Assembly (NCBI GenBank): GCA_044892525.1
Contig: CM097885.1
Location: 121,830,001-121,894,000, forward strand
DNA from: Schmidtea polychroa
Taxonomy: Eukaryota
DNA length: 64,000 nt
Reading direction: 5' to 3'
Under the pieces are notes generated by a model, which worked only from the letters and a program-made list of their open reading frames with translations, had not been told where the DNA came from and made no database searches. The position numbers and the translations under genes are program-made. Shown piece after piece: positions 1-13,500 of the stretch; position 1 is the first letter of the stretch; each line of letters starts with the position of its first letter.

Positions 1-879
1 GTTTTATTTTATTTTTAATTCAGATGTTTTATTTTTGGGTATATTATCTCTCTATTATCATTGTTTACTTGGTGTTTTATATATTTTTGTTTACGTAAAC
101 TTAATGCTGGGTATGCGTGTTGTATACTGACACATTTCGTCCCATTCCTAACTTTGGGTTCAGAAATCAGTTCTAGCCCAACAAAATCTTTACCACCCGA
201 ATTATTATCGTTATAATCATTGCAATTAAGGTGATTGGGACAATTATTATGTTGAGTGTTAGTATTATAATATATTTTCCTGCCGTTATGAGGGAGATAA
301 GTAACACGATTAAAACTGTCACTTCTTTTATGGTCATCAATGACTACTATTGTGGTAGCTATCTTTCCGACCATTACGATACTTGACTCCTTTTCGACTA
401 CCATTCTTATCGACAATTGGAATATGAATGAGATCGGGGTCTACCTAATGTGTTTGACGGTAAAATTTTCGCGGACCCAACAGGAGTTAATAACCTCCAG
501 CGTCGTTCGATCGAAACCCTGCTCCTCATAACCGCCGCCCCTCCAAATTTAATAATCCCTTCCGCATAAAATTGACCAAGAAATGATATGGCTGGGGGGG
601 GGTCGAATGAGTGCCGAATGTCAAGTATTTTACTAGTATGATGTAACTGTTTTTCTGAAGAGTTTTCTTTAGTTTCATAGATAATGTCTGAACCCAATCT
701 GCCAACAACCGGCCTGAGACCGTGCTTCTCGTGCGCGGATAAAAATTCGTTATTGAGAAAGTCAGCCGATTAAATCGAAACGCTGAAGAGAAAAATCGAC
801 ACGTTGAAAGGCACCTGGTTCAATCCAGCTTCCATGAAGGAAGCACAGACGAAAATCCTCCGGCTCGAGCACTGCCGTG

Positions 880-1140
880 ACAGTTTGTCGAGGAACAATG
901 AAAAACTACCAGACACCGAAAGATATGTGCTTTCAAAAAAACATTGTCTATTGTATTACGTGCAATGAATGCAAAGAAATATACATTGGAAGTACGCTCA
1001 GGACCTTTGTGAAAAATTCTTGGTATGTAGACATATCCAACAAAGGTAAAATGTAGATTTCCTGCAAACAAACAGTTTATAATAAAAAATTCCATTGTAA
1101 AAATTGTCCCACTCATAATCTTGGCATTGTCGCTGCTTGA
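880..1140 (+). mobile_element. Penelope-like element remnant (GIY-YIG endonuclease fragment)
   Basis: Plus-frame translation from about 928 reads CFQKNIVYCITCNECKEIYIGSTLR, matching the Penelope-type GIY-YIG motif C..KNVVY.I.C..C...YIG.T.R. Frame is broken afterwards; boundaries approximate. Confidence 0.5.
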
Positions 1141-1156
1141 GACCCTTAATATTTTA

Positions 1157-1197
1157 CTACAGTATATTTCGACAGAATTACTGTCATCGTCAGGTAG
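1157..1197 (-). ncRNA. Degenerate minimal type I hammerhead ribozyme
   Basis: Minus strand reads CTAC-CTGACGA-T-GACAG-TAATT-CTGTC-GAAA-TATA-C-T-GTAG: CUGANGA core, 5-bp stem II, GAAA, palindromic short stem III, stem I CTAC/GTAG. Position 16.1 is C instead of the conserved U. Adjacent to the Penelope remnant. Confidence 0.6.
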
Positions 1198-1514
1198 AAT
1201 TGAAATTCAAACTAAATCATTTTGCATTTGTAATTAATTTTTTGTGTTTTGTTTCAATTTCAATTTTTTGCTTTTTCTTCTTATTTTATATAACTCCAAT
1301 ATCTGCTAATGAAACATTTATGTATTAAATTTCATAATTTTTTTAAAGTTTTTTGATTTTATGATTTCATGCTATTTAAATCAATTTTTATTAAATTAGA
1401 TTATTCAATTTGTCTTAATTTAACTTGTTTAAATAAATTATTAATTGAAATTATAGAAACAAGTTGGCTGTTATCGCATTATATAGAAATTTCTAACACT
1501 TAATTTTATTTCTA

Positions 1515-4500
1515 ATGAAAACATCATTCTTAAAAGGATTTTTTAACTCCAAAGATAGTTCTAAAGGCCATTTTAGTATTCATAATGTTGACTTAGACGA
1601 TTCTGATGATGCTGTACTAAGCCATGAAAATCTATTTCAAAAAAATAGCTCTCCAAAGGAACATAGCACTAAAAGTAATAAGAATGATGATATTTTCTAT
1701 AAGAAATTCAATATTTATTCTTTAAATGAATCAATATCAAGTATTAATAGTGATATGAAATCTCCAATTTCAAATGAATTTCACTTTTCCAAAACTAAAA
1801 ATCTTTATTCAAATAATGAAAATGAAAAAAATTCTAAAACAAAGAATTGTATTCAATTTACTGCCCCAAATCCTTTAAATATTTTAAAAACACCAACTAA
1901 AGAAATCAAGTTAAATCAGTTTGATACATCATATAAAAATTGTATGAATAAAGGATTAAGTTCACCGACTGTTTTATCAAAGGGATTTATTAATAGAAAT
2001 CATGAATCAATTCAGTTTTTAAAAGATAATAAAATTAAGAAAAGTCCAGTTCCTTGGAAAGTACAATTTTCACCAAAAAAAGTTTCGACAAATGATGTTG
2101 TTAATAACCAATTCGAAAGTAATATCAAAAATGACATCATTGATATTAATGAAGATTTAAATGATAAAATTAGTAATTTTGAAAAGCTAAATGAGACAAT
2201 GAATCCTCAAAATCTTGAAGGAGCCAACGATATTTCTAAATATGCAAATGCAACTTTTGAAGAAATTAAAAATGTTTTAATCGAAAATTCAACAGACTAT
2301 GATGATTTAGCATTCTGTGAAATTCCGAAAGAATCTGAAAATTCGCAGTAATAAATTAATTTTTAATTAAGTTTCATAAAAATTTAGACTCAAAGTTTTA
2401 CACATGAAACTTAAAATAGAGGCAGAGAAAATTCAGAAATGGAAAGAAAATTTGGAAAAACAACTATTTTTAAAAGTATTTTATTTTTGGTCCATTTTAA
2501 TATTTACCATTACTTAGAATCAAAAATTAAAAGAATCTGAGAAAATAATTGAAAGTTTGAGAACATCAAATTTAGAATTTCAAGTTATTTTTAATTAAAT
2601 TAATTTATAATTGCTATTAAATTTTTATAAGAACTTTATTTCAAATTTCACCACTAATTTTTTTCCCATTGAATTTATTAAAAAGACCTTAAAGACTATA
2701 AATCAGTAAATATGGATAAACTGAAGTATCCCCCCCAAATTGATTTTAATTAAAATTGGGGGTATACTTCAGTTTACCCAATATATCGATATTTTTGAAT
2801 TTACTTTTGAAAAGACAGTGTCGAAAATTCATAAATATCAAAAACATTGGTATATTTACTGATTTATAGTCTTCAAGCTATTTTTAATATATTGAAATTT
2901 TTATTTATATTTTATAACTAATTGAATATTAGTTGCTAAAAACAGAAATTATTTTATCGGAACTTTGTTTTAGTACGTATAAACTTTTTAATATGCTTTT
3001 TATTTACAAATTTGCAAATTNNNNNNNNNNNNNNNNNNNNNNNNNNNNNNNNNNNNNNNNNNNNNNNNNNNNNNNNNNNNNNNNNNNNNNNNNNNNNNNN
3101 NNNNNNNNNNNNNNNNNNNNNNNNNNNNNNNNNNNNNNNNNNNNNNNNNNNNGATTTAAATCGTATGTCCTGCATTGAACATTGTCCCGGAAAGTCTCCC
3201 GTATTGCACATCTTACCTTATTATTGCTTTCTATTTGAAAGTAACTTTTCACTTAAAGAATTTAATATATAAACTGCTACTGAAATCAAGAATTCAAATC
3301 TGACTACTGTGTCCATTTGTTTAAATGCATCAGTAACTTAGTAGGTAAACAAATCACTAAGTTAAAGTGATCAGACGTCCCGGATTTAGGTCGCTTATCT
3401 CCCACTGAACACTGTCCCGGAATTAGACACGTAACAGTTTTAACATTTTCAAAAAAGAAGAGCATAGAAAAAAAATAGTGTTTTTATTTTGATTCTGTTT
3501 CTTCTATTTTTTTCTTTTTTTCCCAAAAAAAGTATAGTTATATAATAGAATATTGTGCATTGTAAGTTGTATACAATATGATTAGCTGGGTTAAATAATC
3601 AGTATACAGTATTTATACAAATATGAAATATACACATTCTTCTAGCGAAGAAATAAAAATAATGTTCTTGTCATAGTATTCCACAATGCACACGTTATTA
3701 GGTTTAAAGTATAAAAGTGACCAGACGTCCCGAATTATGCGGTTTTAATTTGAAAATGTCCCGCATTCCAACTTATATATACCGTAACTAGCATTTCATG
3801 TGCCCTATGCAAGGTTTTTATTTTGAGCCACCTTTTTTTGAGCCACCTACTTTTTCAATTGCACTTTTCTGACTTTCATTTCAGAAAATTCATCAATTAC
3901 ATCATAATTCATATCTTAACGATATTATATTCAATAAAAATTATGGAAAGATTGGATAATCGTTCTTGTCCCATACTCGATCTTAAATAATTTTTTATCA
4001 ATTTTAATTTACTTAAACTTCTCTCACATAAAGCTGTAAAACGGGAAGTGTAAGAAATCCGGAGAGCAATATTGATATTTGGATATGACTCAATTAATCC
4101 AAAATCATGAAGACCCTGCAGAATATCAAGTGGAGTTGCAGTTTTAATATTTTGTATTAGTGTCGAAGCTTCAAACTTCAAACTTTGAATTTCACTTGTG
4201 AACTTGTGCGTATTTAAATCTTTGTTATACTTAATGACAAGATCTGCAGCCGATTTTTGTAAAGCAACAACGCTCGTAAATTTTAAAGAAAAGCCATAGA
4301 GAAAGCTAAAATCGTAACAGATAGTGTTCAGTTACTCATGACGCCAATCTATTTGAGACAATAGAGCGTCAAAAACATAGTAAATTATCATTTTAAATAA
4401 TTCTGGGAATGTCATGTTACTTTTTTTGGTTTCTTCTTATTCTTAGTTTCTTAAATTTTCTTTTCCGTTTATTAGAAAATTCAATCTCTATATCCATGTT

Positions 4501-7500
4501 TTCAGCTAAATTTGTTGCTTCCAGGAAATTTTGTTCAAAATCCGTTTCTCTTAGTCCTTGCAAAGTCGCACGGAGCGCACCAATTAATTTTATTGTGTAG
4601 ATCTATCGATACATCTTTTCGTTGTAATGCTTTATTTGTTCATTCAATGCATTGTAGAATTCTATTCCCGACAGAAAGAGTACAAATGAATCTGTAATTA
4701 ATTTGTAACAACAAATTTTTAGCATTTGATACAACCTCTGGATTTGATATATCATTCGCAATCCTTTCCAATCCTTTCTTTACATCAGGTAATTGATTAT
4801 ATAACGAGTTTATTGTATTGGCTTTTTATGACTACCTTGTATCAGAAAAAACTTTAAGAGACAATTTTAATGACTTCATTAAAATTTCCCATCGTGTTGT
4901 TGAGGAGGAAAAGAAATTAAATAGCCTCTGTACAGTATGAAAGAAAGTGATCATTTCTGGTGTTGTAGATGCTGCGTGGACACCAGCTAAATTTAAATAG
5001 TGCAAATAAAATCAAATTGTTAATTTGCAAAATACGTGCTCTCTTACTTACTTGTATTTACCAGCCATATCTCCTGACATCATGAATATCAAATTTATCA
5101 ACTTCTAGTTCAGGGATGCACAGACTTTTCAGTATGGGTGCCACATTTTCTAATAATACATTCTATGAGGGCCACATTTAGCAAAAAACACCTAATCTGT
5201 AAAATTTTAAATTATAACCCGGTTTCTATATACAAAAAATGCATTTTAATTTAGTTGAAATAATTAATTTAATTTTTTTTTGGAGCAATATGACATTGTT
5301 TTTTATTAACAATTTTTAAAATATTTGGTGTCAAGTTTGTTGTTGCCAAACGTAGAATTGAATGTAAATTATTATTTGAAAGGCGGTTACGTTGCTTCGA
5401 CTTGTTCATGTTCATAACAGAGAACGTTTGTTCGCAAACGTATGTTGAACCAAATAAAGATGCAATGTATGCTACTTTTTGAATTAAATTAGGATATGAC
5501 ACTTTTTGTAAACATTTATAGAAATTTTGAAGATCGCTTTCGTTAAATTTATTACGAAGCTGATCAGATGACTGCAAATCGATGAGTTCTAATTGGATAT
5601 CTTGATTAACTTCATCGATATTAGCTGAAATCAGTTTTCATTCTTTTGAAATCAGCAAATCTTGATTCAAAAACATTTTTCAGTAACTGAATTTTACTTA
5701 CGTAAAAATCATAGTCCACGGAGTGTCGCGGAAAATATTTTTGACATGTAGGAAAATGATGCAAAATTTTATCCGTTAGATTTTTTTGGAATAAAGTTAA
5801 TTTGTTTTCAAATGATTCCACGTGGTTTGCCATTTCTGAAATAAATTGATTTTTACCCTGCAACTTTAAATTGAGAATATTTAGATGCGTGGTTATATCC
5901 ACAAGAAATGCAAAATCGCAAAGCCACCTGTCATTAGAAAGCTCTTGAAAAGGCTTTTGCTTTTCATTTAGGAACACTTCAATTTCTTCCAACAAATCAG
6001 AAAATCTTTGTAATGTTTTTCCGCGGTTTAACCATCTGACTTCACAATAATAAATGAGGTCATGATACTCAGCTTCTATTTTTTCAAGAAAAGATTTGAA
6101 CTGTCGGTGGTTGAGACCTCTATTTTTTATGAAATTTACTACTGATACGACTACCTTCATTACATGATCGAATCCTAAGTCTTTTCCACAAAGATTTTGT
6201 TGATGTATAATGCAATGGAACCGAAATAATTCTAAGTTTCGATTACCAAGACTATACCATACCATTGTTTGCACCAATCATGGAAGGTGCACCATCTGTA
6301 GTAATACCAGCAAGTTTTTTTAAATCAAGGCCAGCTTTTTCACATTCGTTTAGTTAACTCGTCAGCAAATCACTTCCAGTCGTACGGTCTTTTAATGAAC
6401 TAACCGCCAATAATTCTTCATAAATTTCAAAATTGTTAGTTACACCACGGAAAAATATCATCAATTGTGCCGTTGAAGAAATATCGGTTGACTCATCAAC
6501 AGCCAGAGAAAAATATCTAATATCTATAGTTTTTTCTTTGAACTGATCAAAGATGTCATCAGCCATTTCAACCACATGACGCTGAACTGTTGTTCTGCTC
6601 AAAGATATATTTTCAACCTTTTTTGTTATTTCAGGAGTAATTTTTTTCCCACTGTTAATAAGCACTGTTTAATAAATTCTCCTTCAGTGAAAGGCCGACT
6701 TGTTTAAGCGATCAACAATGGCAAATCGTAGCAAATTTCAGAAATGACTTCTGATTCTTTATGTAATTTTTTAAAAATCTGTTGCTGAGCAGTAATATCA
6801 CGTTTAAAGCAATTGATCTTTTCTTCCCGTGATATGCCCACAATATTCTCATATTCCAGATGTGTTGTAATATGGTGCATCTTTATGTTAAACTCCTTCA
6901 TACAATTTATCTTTATTTGACAAATCAAGCATATAACTTTATTATTGTGTTCGAACACAAAATATTTATCAGTCCAACAATTATTAAATTTCCTGTTTTC
7001 GGATTCTAATTTTCGATTGACTGAAGTCATTCTGTTGAAGGGCTAATAGTAAGTAGCATTTATAAAACTTAGTTAATTAAAAAATATATAAAATAAAAAC
7101 TTACATACTTATTGTAATTACCACACCAGAGAAAATTAGAAAGCGTTATTTTTTAATTTTATATTATAAAATTTATAACTAGTAGATATTTATGTTGCGA
7201 AGATTTTTTGAATTCCAGCTTGGTACAAACAAATATACAAAACAAATACTTTGTAGTTAGAGTTTTTATTAAATCTGTGCAATTTTTTTTAAATTTATGC
7301 AATTTATATTAAATCTGGAAATTTTTTATATAAATATTTAAATAAATATATTAAATAAATATACACGAAGGGCGCACAAATTATTCAAAAGGGCCGCACT
7401 TTGTGCATCCCTGTTCTAGTTTATTTAAAATTTCTGTCGTTAAACCTTCTCCAGTTTTTTCGTGTGATTGAATGAATTCGATTACCACCTTTCCATCAGA

Positions 7501-10500
7501 GTTAACATGAACGTATCTTATTATTTGACTCATTTTTTCTTTTCTTGAGACATCAGGAGTGCAATCAAATAAAATTGCGTAGTACTTTCTTTCTTGATTC
7601 TGCATATTATTTCATTTTTAGTCTTATAAATAATCAAATTTATTATTTCATTTTGGATAATGGGTGAAAAATAGGAAACAGAACCTTTCTTGTGTTTTTC
7701 AATATTTCTTTTAAAGTAATATTATAATGGCTAGCAAATTCAATTAAACTTAAAAAGATTCAACAATTTTGATCTACAATTGTTTCATTTGAGCCTCTAA
7801 GAGCAATATTATTCCTGGTGCAGAATAAAATAGCATCTATTATTATTTTCAATATTTCACGCCATATTAATTTTTCCCTTAATTGAACTAACTAAATAAT
7901 CATCGAGTGCGTTTCCTGATTTTATATCTTTTCCCATTACTTTCCATTTCACAAAAGTGATTCGGTGGTCAGAGGAATTTTCGTGTTGGAGAATAACGGG
8001 ATGAATAAATGCCTCCAATCATTGAATCCTTTTTCTCGGTCTGAAAGATTTTACAATTTGTGACCAAAAAAACATGCAGGGAAAACAAAATAATGTGTCC
8101 GATTAATAGAATATAAAATCCATTTTCTTTTAATTGTTTCTCCGTTAATTTGTTTAATATAAAACTAGTCCTTTATAAATTTTCTTCCTGAATTGTCTGA
8201 AGTTTATGTCGTCGCCTTGCTTAAGTTCATGTTTTACAAGCGAATATCTTAATTTATTTGTAATAACGGGCCAAGAATGAGGGTCTATGTAATTTAGCAG
8301 TATTTCTCTTGGAATATCACCGTTACTTGAAAAAATAGAGCGGAAATTTTCTACGATAATATCGACTTGTGTAGTAATGCTCAGTTCAGACCCCTCCTCT
8401 AAGTATTATCGTTTCTTAAAATATTAGGATGCATTTGTATTAGAGTATCTTGTGAAACAAAAGATTTATCTTTTTTGTGCAGACTGCGTGTTTTCCTGTA
8501 CATTATCGTCTGTAGAAAAGGTAGATATCAATTGTATTGCATTATCATTTTATGAAGCAGTAGTAGATTTGCTCTCTTACGTAGCTTTCTTGGCTTCCGT
8601 TGTATTATATTTTGCTTTAAAATACTAGTGTGCAATTGTAGTATGGTACTATCATCTTGTGAAACTGTACTAGAATTGAAGTCTTGAACAGTCCATCCGC
8701 CATCTGATGTTTCTCTTTATAACCATTTTACAAATTGTTGCGAAAGTGATTTCCGTTCTTCTTTTTTTGCTTATCTTTCTCTTTTACCTGACTGTCGCTT
8801 TGACATTTTGAACTAGAGAATAACAAAAATTCCATTTTTAATACCGCATAAGTATTGATATAAATATTAAAATTATAAATCTATAAAAAAATCAAAACAG
8901 TTTATAATCAAATCGTCTGAAAATTTAAGACCTTAAGTCAGTGGTGCTCCTCAACCTGTGTTCCGCGAAAAAACTGACGAAAAAACCTTCATTAAATTTT
9001 TTATAAGATGATTCAATAAGAAAGCCGTTACACAGATATATAAACATACAAATATAAAAGTGTTTTTATTGCTTGTTATTGTTGCGCGTGGTATTTTCTT
9101 TGCTTATAAGAAGACATTGTTTACGTTTACGACAGATTTATAGTAATTTTTGATTGGTCACTCATTGTGGGCAAGTATTTTTTGTCAGTGTTCCGCGTAA
9201 AAAACATCATGTGATTGGTGTTCTGCGCTTTTATATTAATTGAGAACCACTGCCTTAAGTATTACAATAAAATGACTAAGTTTTACAAAGTTTTATAAAT
9301 GACTTATTAAAATAACATACACATTTAATCGCTAAATTCAAATAACCGTAGTAAACATGAACGAATGTTTGAGATATTTATTATTTAATAAAACTTACCT
9401 GTGTTCTAAAACCACTGCTTAAAAACAGCGACAACACTATATTATTCTGTCTAGATAATTCTAATCTAATATAATAAAATAATTCTATCTAAATAAGTGA
9501 ATATAGATTATACTAAAATCCGACTGCACAATATTTACATTCACTTGTTTCGCATCGTCTTCGCTTCTAAAAATAGTTTGAGTATTATTCTTTCTTTATT
9601 ACGAAAACTCTAGCGACATCTGTTTCTTGTTTTCATAACAAGAAATGAGCTGCGCTACGTAGAATACTTGAAAAACATCTGTAGAGAAGGCGGAAAAATA
9701 TAAAATTTAAATAGTATTAAAATTGACAAATGATATTTTTTTAAATTCCATTTCAGGGCACCATTTGTCCTGGGCCTTGTGCCTGGGTAACTATTGCACC
9801 TGCCTAGTTATTTATATTTATACGTACCAAAACAAAGTTCCAATCGAATAATTTCTGTTTTTTTAGCAATTTGCTAATGATGTAAGTAATAGATTTTTTA
9901 TAGATTTTTTCATCCTACTTTCACTTAAAGCTTGCAAGAATTTTCACAATATAATATGTGTGTAATACAGGTTTCTGAAATATACTTTCTTTTTAAAGAT
10001 AATTTAATAATTTATAATTGTTAGAAGACTTTGGAGATATAAGATTTATTTGTACAAAAATTGATTAAACCTCCGGAGAAAATCATTATATTATAAGTAC
10101 CGTATATACTCGCGTATAAGTCAAGTAAATTTTAAGAGGTTTTTAAGTCCTAAATTGGAAACCCGCGTATAAGTCGAAGTAACAAAAATAAAAAAAAGGT
10201 TTAATGATTTCATTAAAAATTAATTTGTACGTTTTTTGACCCGCGTATAAGTCAAAGTGGCTATTTTGACTTGAAAATTTGACGTAAATTTCTCGACTTA
10301 TACGCGAGTATATACAATACCTTGAGCTAGATACACACATCCATGCATAATATATTATCGAACCTTTGACATTCAGACATACAATACGTAATTTTCAGTC
10401 ATAAAAATTTATTAATCACTTTATTTCATTTTCTTGTTTTTCCTCTTTTACACACCTTTCATTACAAATATAATTCAATTTTAATTTTAATTATTTTAGA

Positions 10501-13500
10501 ACACCAACAATATTTTAGAAACAAATAAAAATAAAGTAAAACTTAAATTATTTAAAGTCCTATCTCCTTATTTTGTTTTTATTTTTCTACAAAATAACCT
10601 AGAGCCCGAGAATAACTTTTCTGAATCAATACTTGTTGGACGAATTGTCATCAAATAATCATATACCATTTGAATATACTTTACTCGCACTTTCTCTTGG
10701 CGGAAGTATTCCAATTCTTTTTTCACATTATATTGCCAATTTTTTTGTTTTTTTGTTGTGGAACTGATCCTTCCTGGCATTCTATTTTTTGTTTTTTTCA
10801 GATACTATAATTTCAGCTTCATAGGCATTTCTACATTAACTGTAGAAGTGTCAATATTTATATTATTTGACTAAACTGGTATCCGAATCATGATGATTTA
10901 ACTGAATCTGACTATCAACAACAATAATCGAAAGTATTTCCACAATACTTTTGATTATTGTTACTTTATTGGTGATATGAAAAATATCGTAGTTTTCCTG
11001 ATTCGAAAAAACCAAATTAGGGCCTGTCAAATATTGCAAAATATCTCAATAGATAGTCCTTCTCGCCTTTATGCTGCATGTTATGGTTTTTTTTAATTCA
11101 GTGCTTAAAAAATTATTTTGTTTAGACAATTCATCCAACATAAATTTTAACGTTACATCCAGGCGCGCATTATCCCATAGGCACAGTAGGCACAGTGCCT
11201 AGGGCCTACGAATATTAAATGGCCTACGAAAATATGTATTTATACTTACGAAAAATGTATATTATAAATATTTAACCAGAGCATGAAAAAAAAATTGATT
11301 TAATTCATAATAATTAAAAATTTATTTTCAAAAAAATATAAAAAAATAACATTAATTTAGTAAACAATTTATTCAATTATTATCTAAAATAACTTTTCTG
11401 CATTTTTTATTTGCGAATTCGACAATAACCTCATCGAAACTAATCTCTCGCATTAAATCACTTTCAATAGATAAAAGTGTTAGTGCTGACAATCGTTCCT
11501 GCCCCATAGTTGATCGGAGACAATTTTTAATTCTTTTAAGCTTTGAAAAACTACGTTCCCCTTCCGCATTCGTACCAAATATTGATAAATAAATTCGTAA
11601 CACAATATTTACATTGGGAAAACTGGTAACTAATTTATCATTTATTTGTGCAACTAACATTTCGTTCACTGATTTTTTATCTCCATACATTCGTGAAAAT
11701 AATAAAAACTCGTCACAAAATGCATCTTCAACATCTGAAGAATATATTTGCACTAACTTGTTTGCTTTCGAAACTATTTCATCATTTGTCAAAGTTCTGT
11801 CCACTAAAAAATTAAACCTTTCATATAACATTCCGTATGCTTCAAGACGTTTACGCATCTCAATAATAAGTTTATCTACTATTATATAAAAAGATTCAAT
11901 ACGAAATTTGTTACTTGCACTCAGGCTCAAACTAGGATCGGTGTTGTCTAAAACTTCGTCAAAAAATCTATTTCTTATTCGTTTACGTTGTGTATGTTGT
12001 TTATATTCGGAAGTTGTAAGTTTTTTTGCCATGGTTTCAAATTTATCAAACTCTATACGAATACCATGAAAGTAAGCTATGAGAGTTTTAAATAATTTGA
12101 CAATGGTACATAATTCTATGCCAGTCTCCTGCAGAGCTTTATTGACAATATTAATATTTTGCAATAAATCATTCCAAATAACACACATCAATGCTGTTTC
12201 AAAATTGTTCAGGTTTTTTATTAAAGATTTAGCTTCCTGCACAGCCACTGCAGGCTGACGTTCGCTTTCAGTTATTTCAAACAATGCTTTTTGAATTTCT
12301 GAATAATTCATGAATAGAGCTTTAGTAGCATCATGTCGTACAGACCATCTGGTTTCTGATAAATTTTTTACAACACAAGTATTTTCTTTCATATTGTCTT
12401 TAAATTTGGACCATCTCCACAGCAGTTGAACCCACCAAATTAAGACTATGTGCAGCACATGGAACCCATTCCGCCAGTTTATTTATTTCTCTAAATCTAG
12501 CTTGTACACCTGTATATATGCCGCTCATATTACTGGCGTTATCATATGATTGGGACCTGCAATTTCCAATACTTATGTTATGATGTTCCAAAGTATGTCG
12601 TATAATGTCGAATAAATATTTTCCATCGTGTTGTTCAATTGCAATAAATTTTAAAAATCGTTCAACCACATTTCCACATTTAAGTACATACCGAATTATC
12701 ACGGTAATCTGGTCCATATGACTAATATCAGGAGTTGAATCAATGCTGATTCCATAATATTTCGCTTCTTTAATTTCAGATATTATCTGCGTTGTTACCT
12801 TGGATTCTAGTATACCAATAAATTCTTCACATATAATATTAGATAAATAGGAAACATTTCCTCTTCCAGGATTTCCATGTCTTCGAATATGCTCCTTTAA
12901 AAAAGGATCAAATTCGGCTATAAGATCGATACAACCAAGATAATTTCCATTATTAGAACAATTATGAATTTCATTATTCCCACGGAATGGCAAACCTCTT
13001 TCAGATAGAAATTTTATTACAGCAACTATTCTCTTTAAAACTTCAATCCAGTATTTACATAATTTATCTTTCTCTTTCTGTAGTTCTACATCAATTTTAC
13101 TGTTCTTCTGTAATTGAAACATAGCTGATACTGCGTCAAGATGATCTTTTGATTTTTCATGTGATGTAATCCTGGACATTGCATTTTTCCAATCATCAAA
13201 TCCAATTTTAAATTGATTGAGAATTACGTTCACGTTCACTCTAGGCAGGGCCGGATTTAAGCATTTGTTGGCCCTAGGCAAAGGAGCTTTTTGGGGCCCT
13301 CAAAATTAATTAGTATATTTCAAGAAAATTATGTAGGTTATTTTATTTGCTAAAAGTATTTAAGAAATAATTATTTACTACCTATTTATATTTTGAAATA
13401 TATTTATTAAATAATTCCGTTTAAAAATAAGATACATATGTCATGTCAAAAATATAATTTTACAAAACTTTCTTTCTAAATTTTTCTAGAGCATATTGAT

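Larger units (their letters stand above)
3800..9810 (-). mobile_element. Decayed hAT transposon A (ZMYM1/PRKRIR-like transposase), split by element B and a MITE
   Basis: Fragments FDCTPDVSRKEKMSQIIRYV...GEGLTTEILNKLE and C-terminal YPNINIALRI...CERSLSKLKLIKNYLRSSMGQERLSNLSII; coding sequence is continuous across the element B TSD; many stops. Ends approximate. Confidence 0.75.

Noticed and set aside
15-416. Minus-strand ORF with IVVIDD resembling a helicase Walker B motif
   Set aside because: No Walker A or other helicase motif; the rest is Asn-rich low complexity.
770-820. GAAAC and CTGAAGA motifs suggesting a second hammerhead
   Set aside because: Order and stems do not fit; no stem II can be formed.
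2933-3272. ORFs reported across the N run
   Set aside because: Artefacts of the assembly gap.
9765-9812. Possible Helitron 3' end (GC hairpin then CTAG)
   Set aside because: Hairpin is weak; the sequence fits better as the degenerate 5' end of hAT element A.
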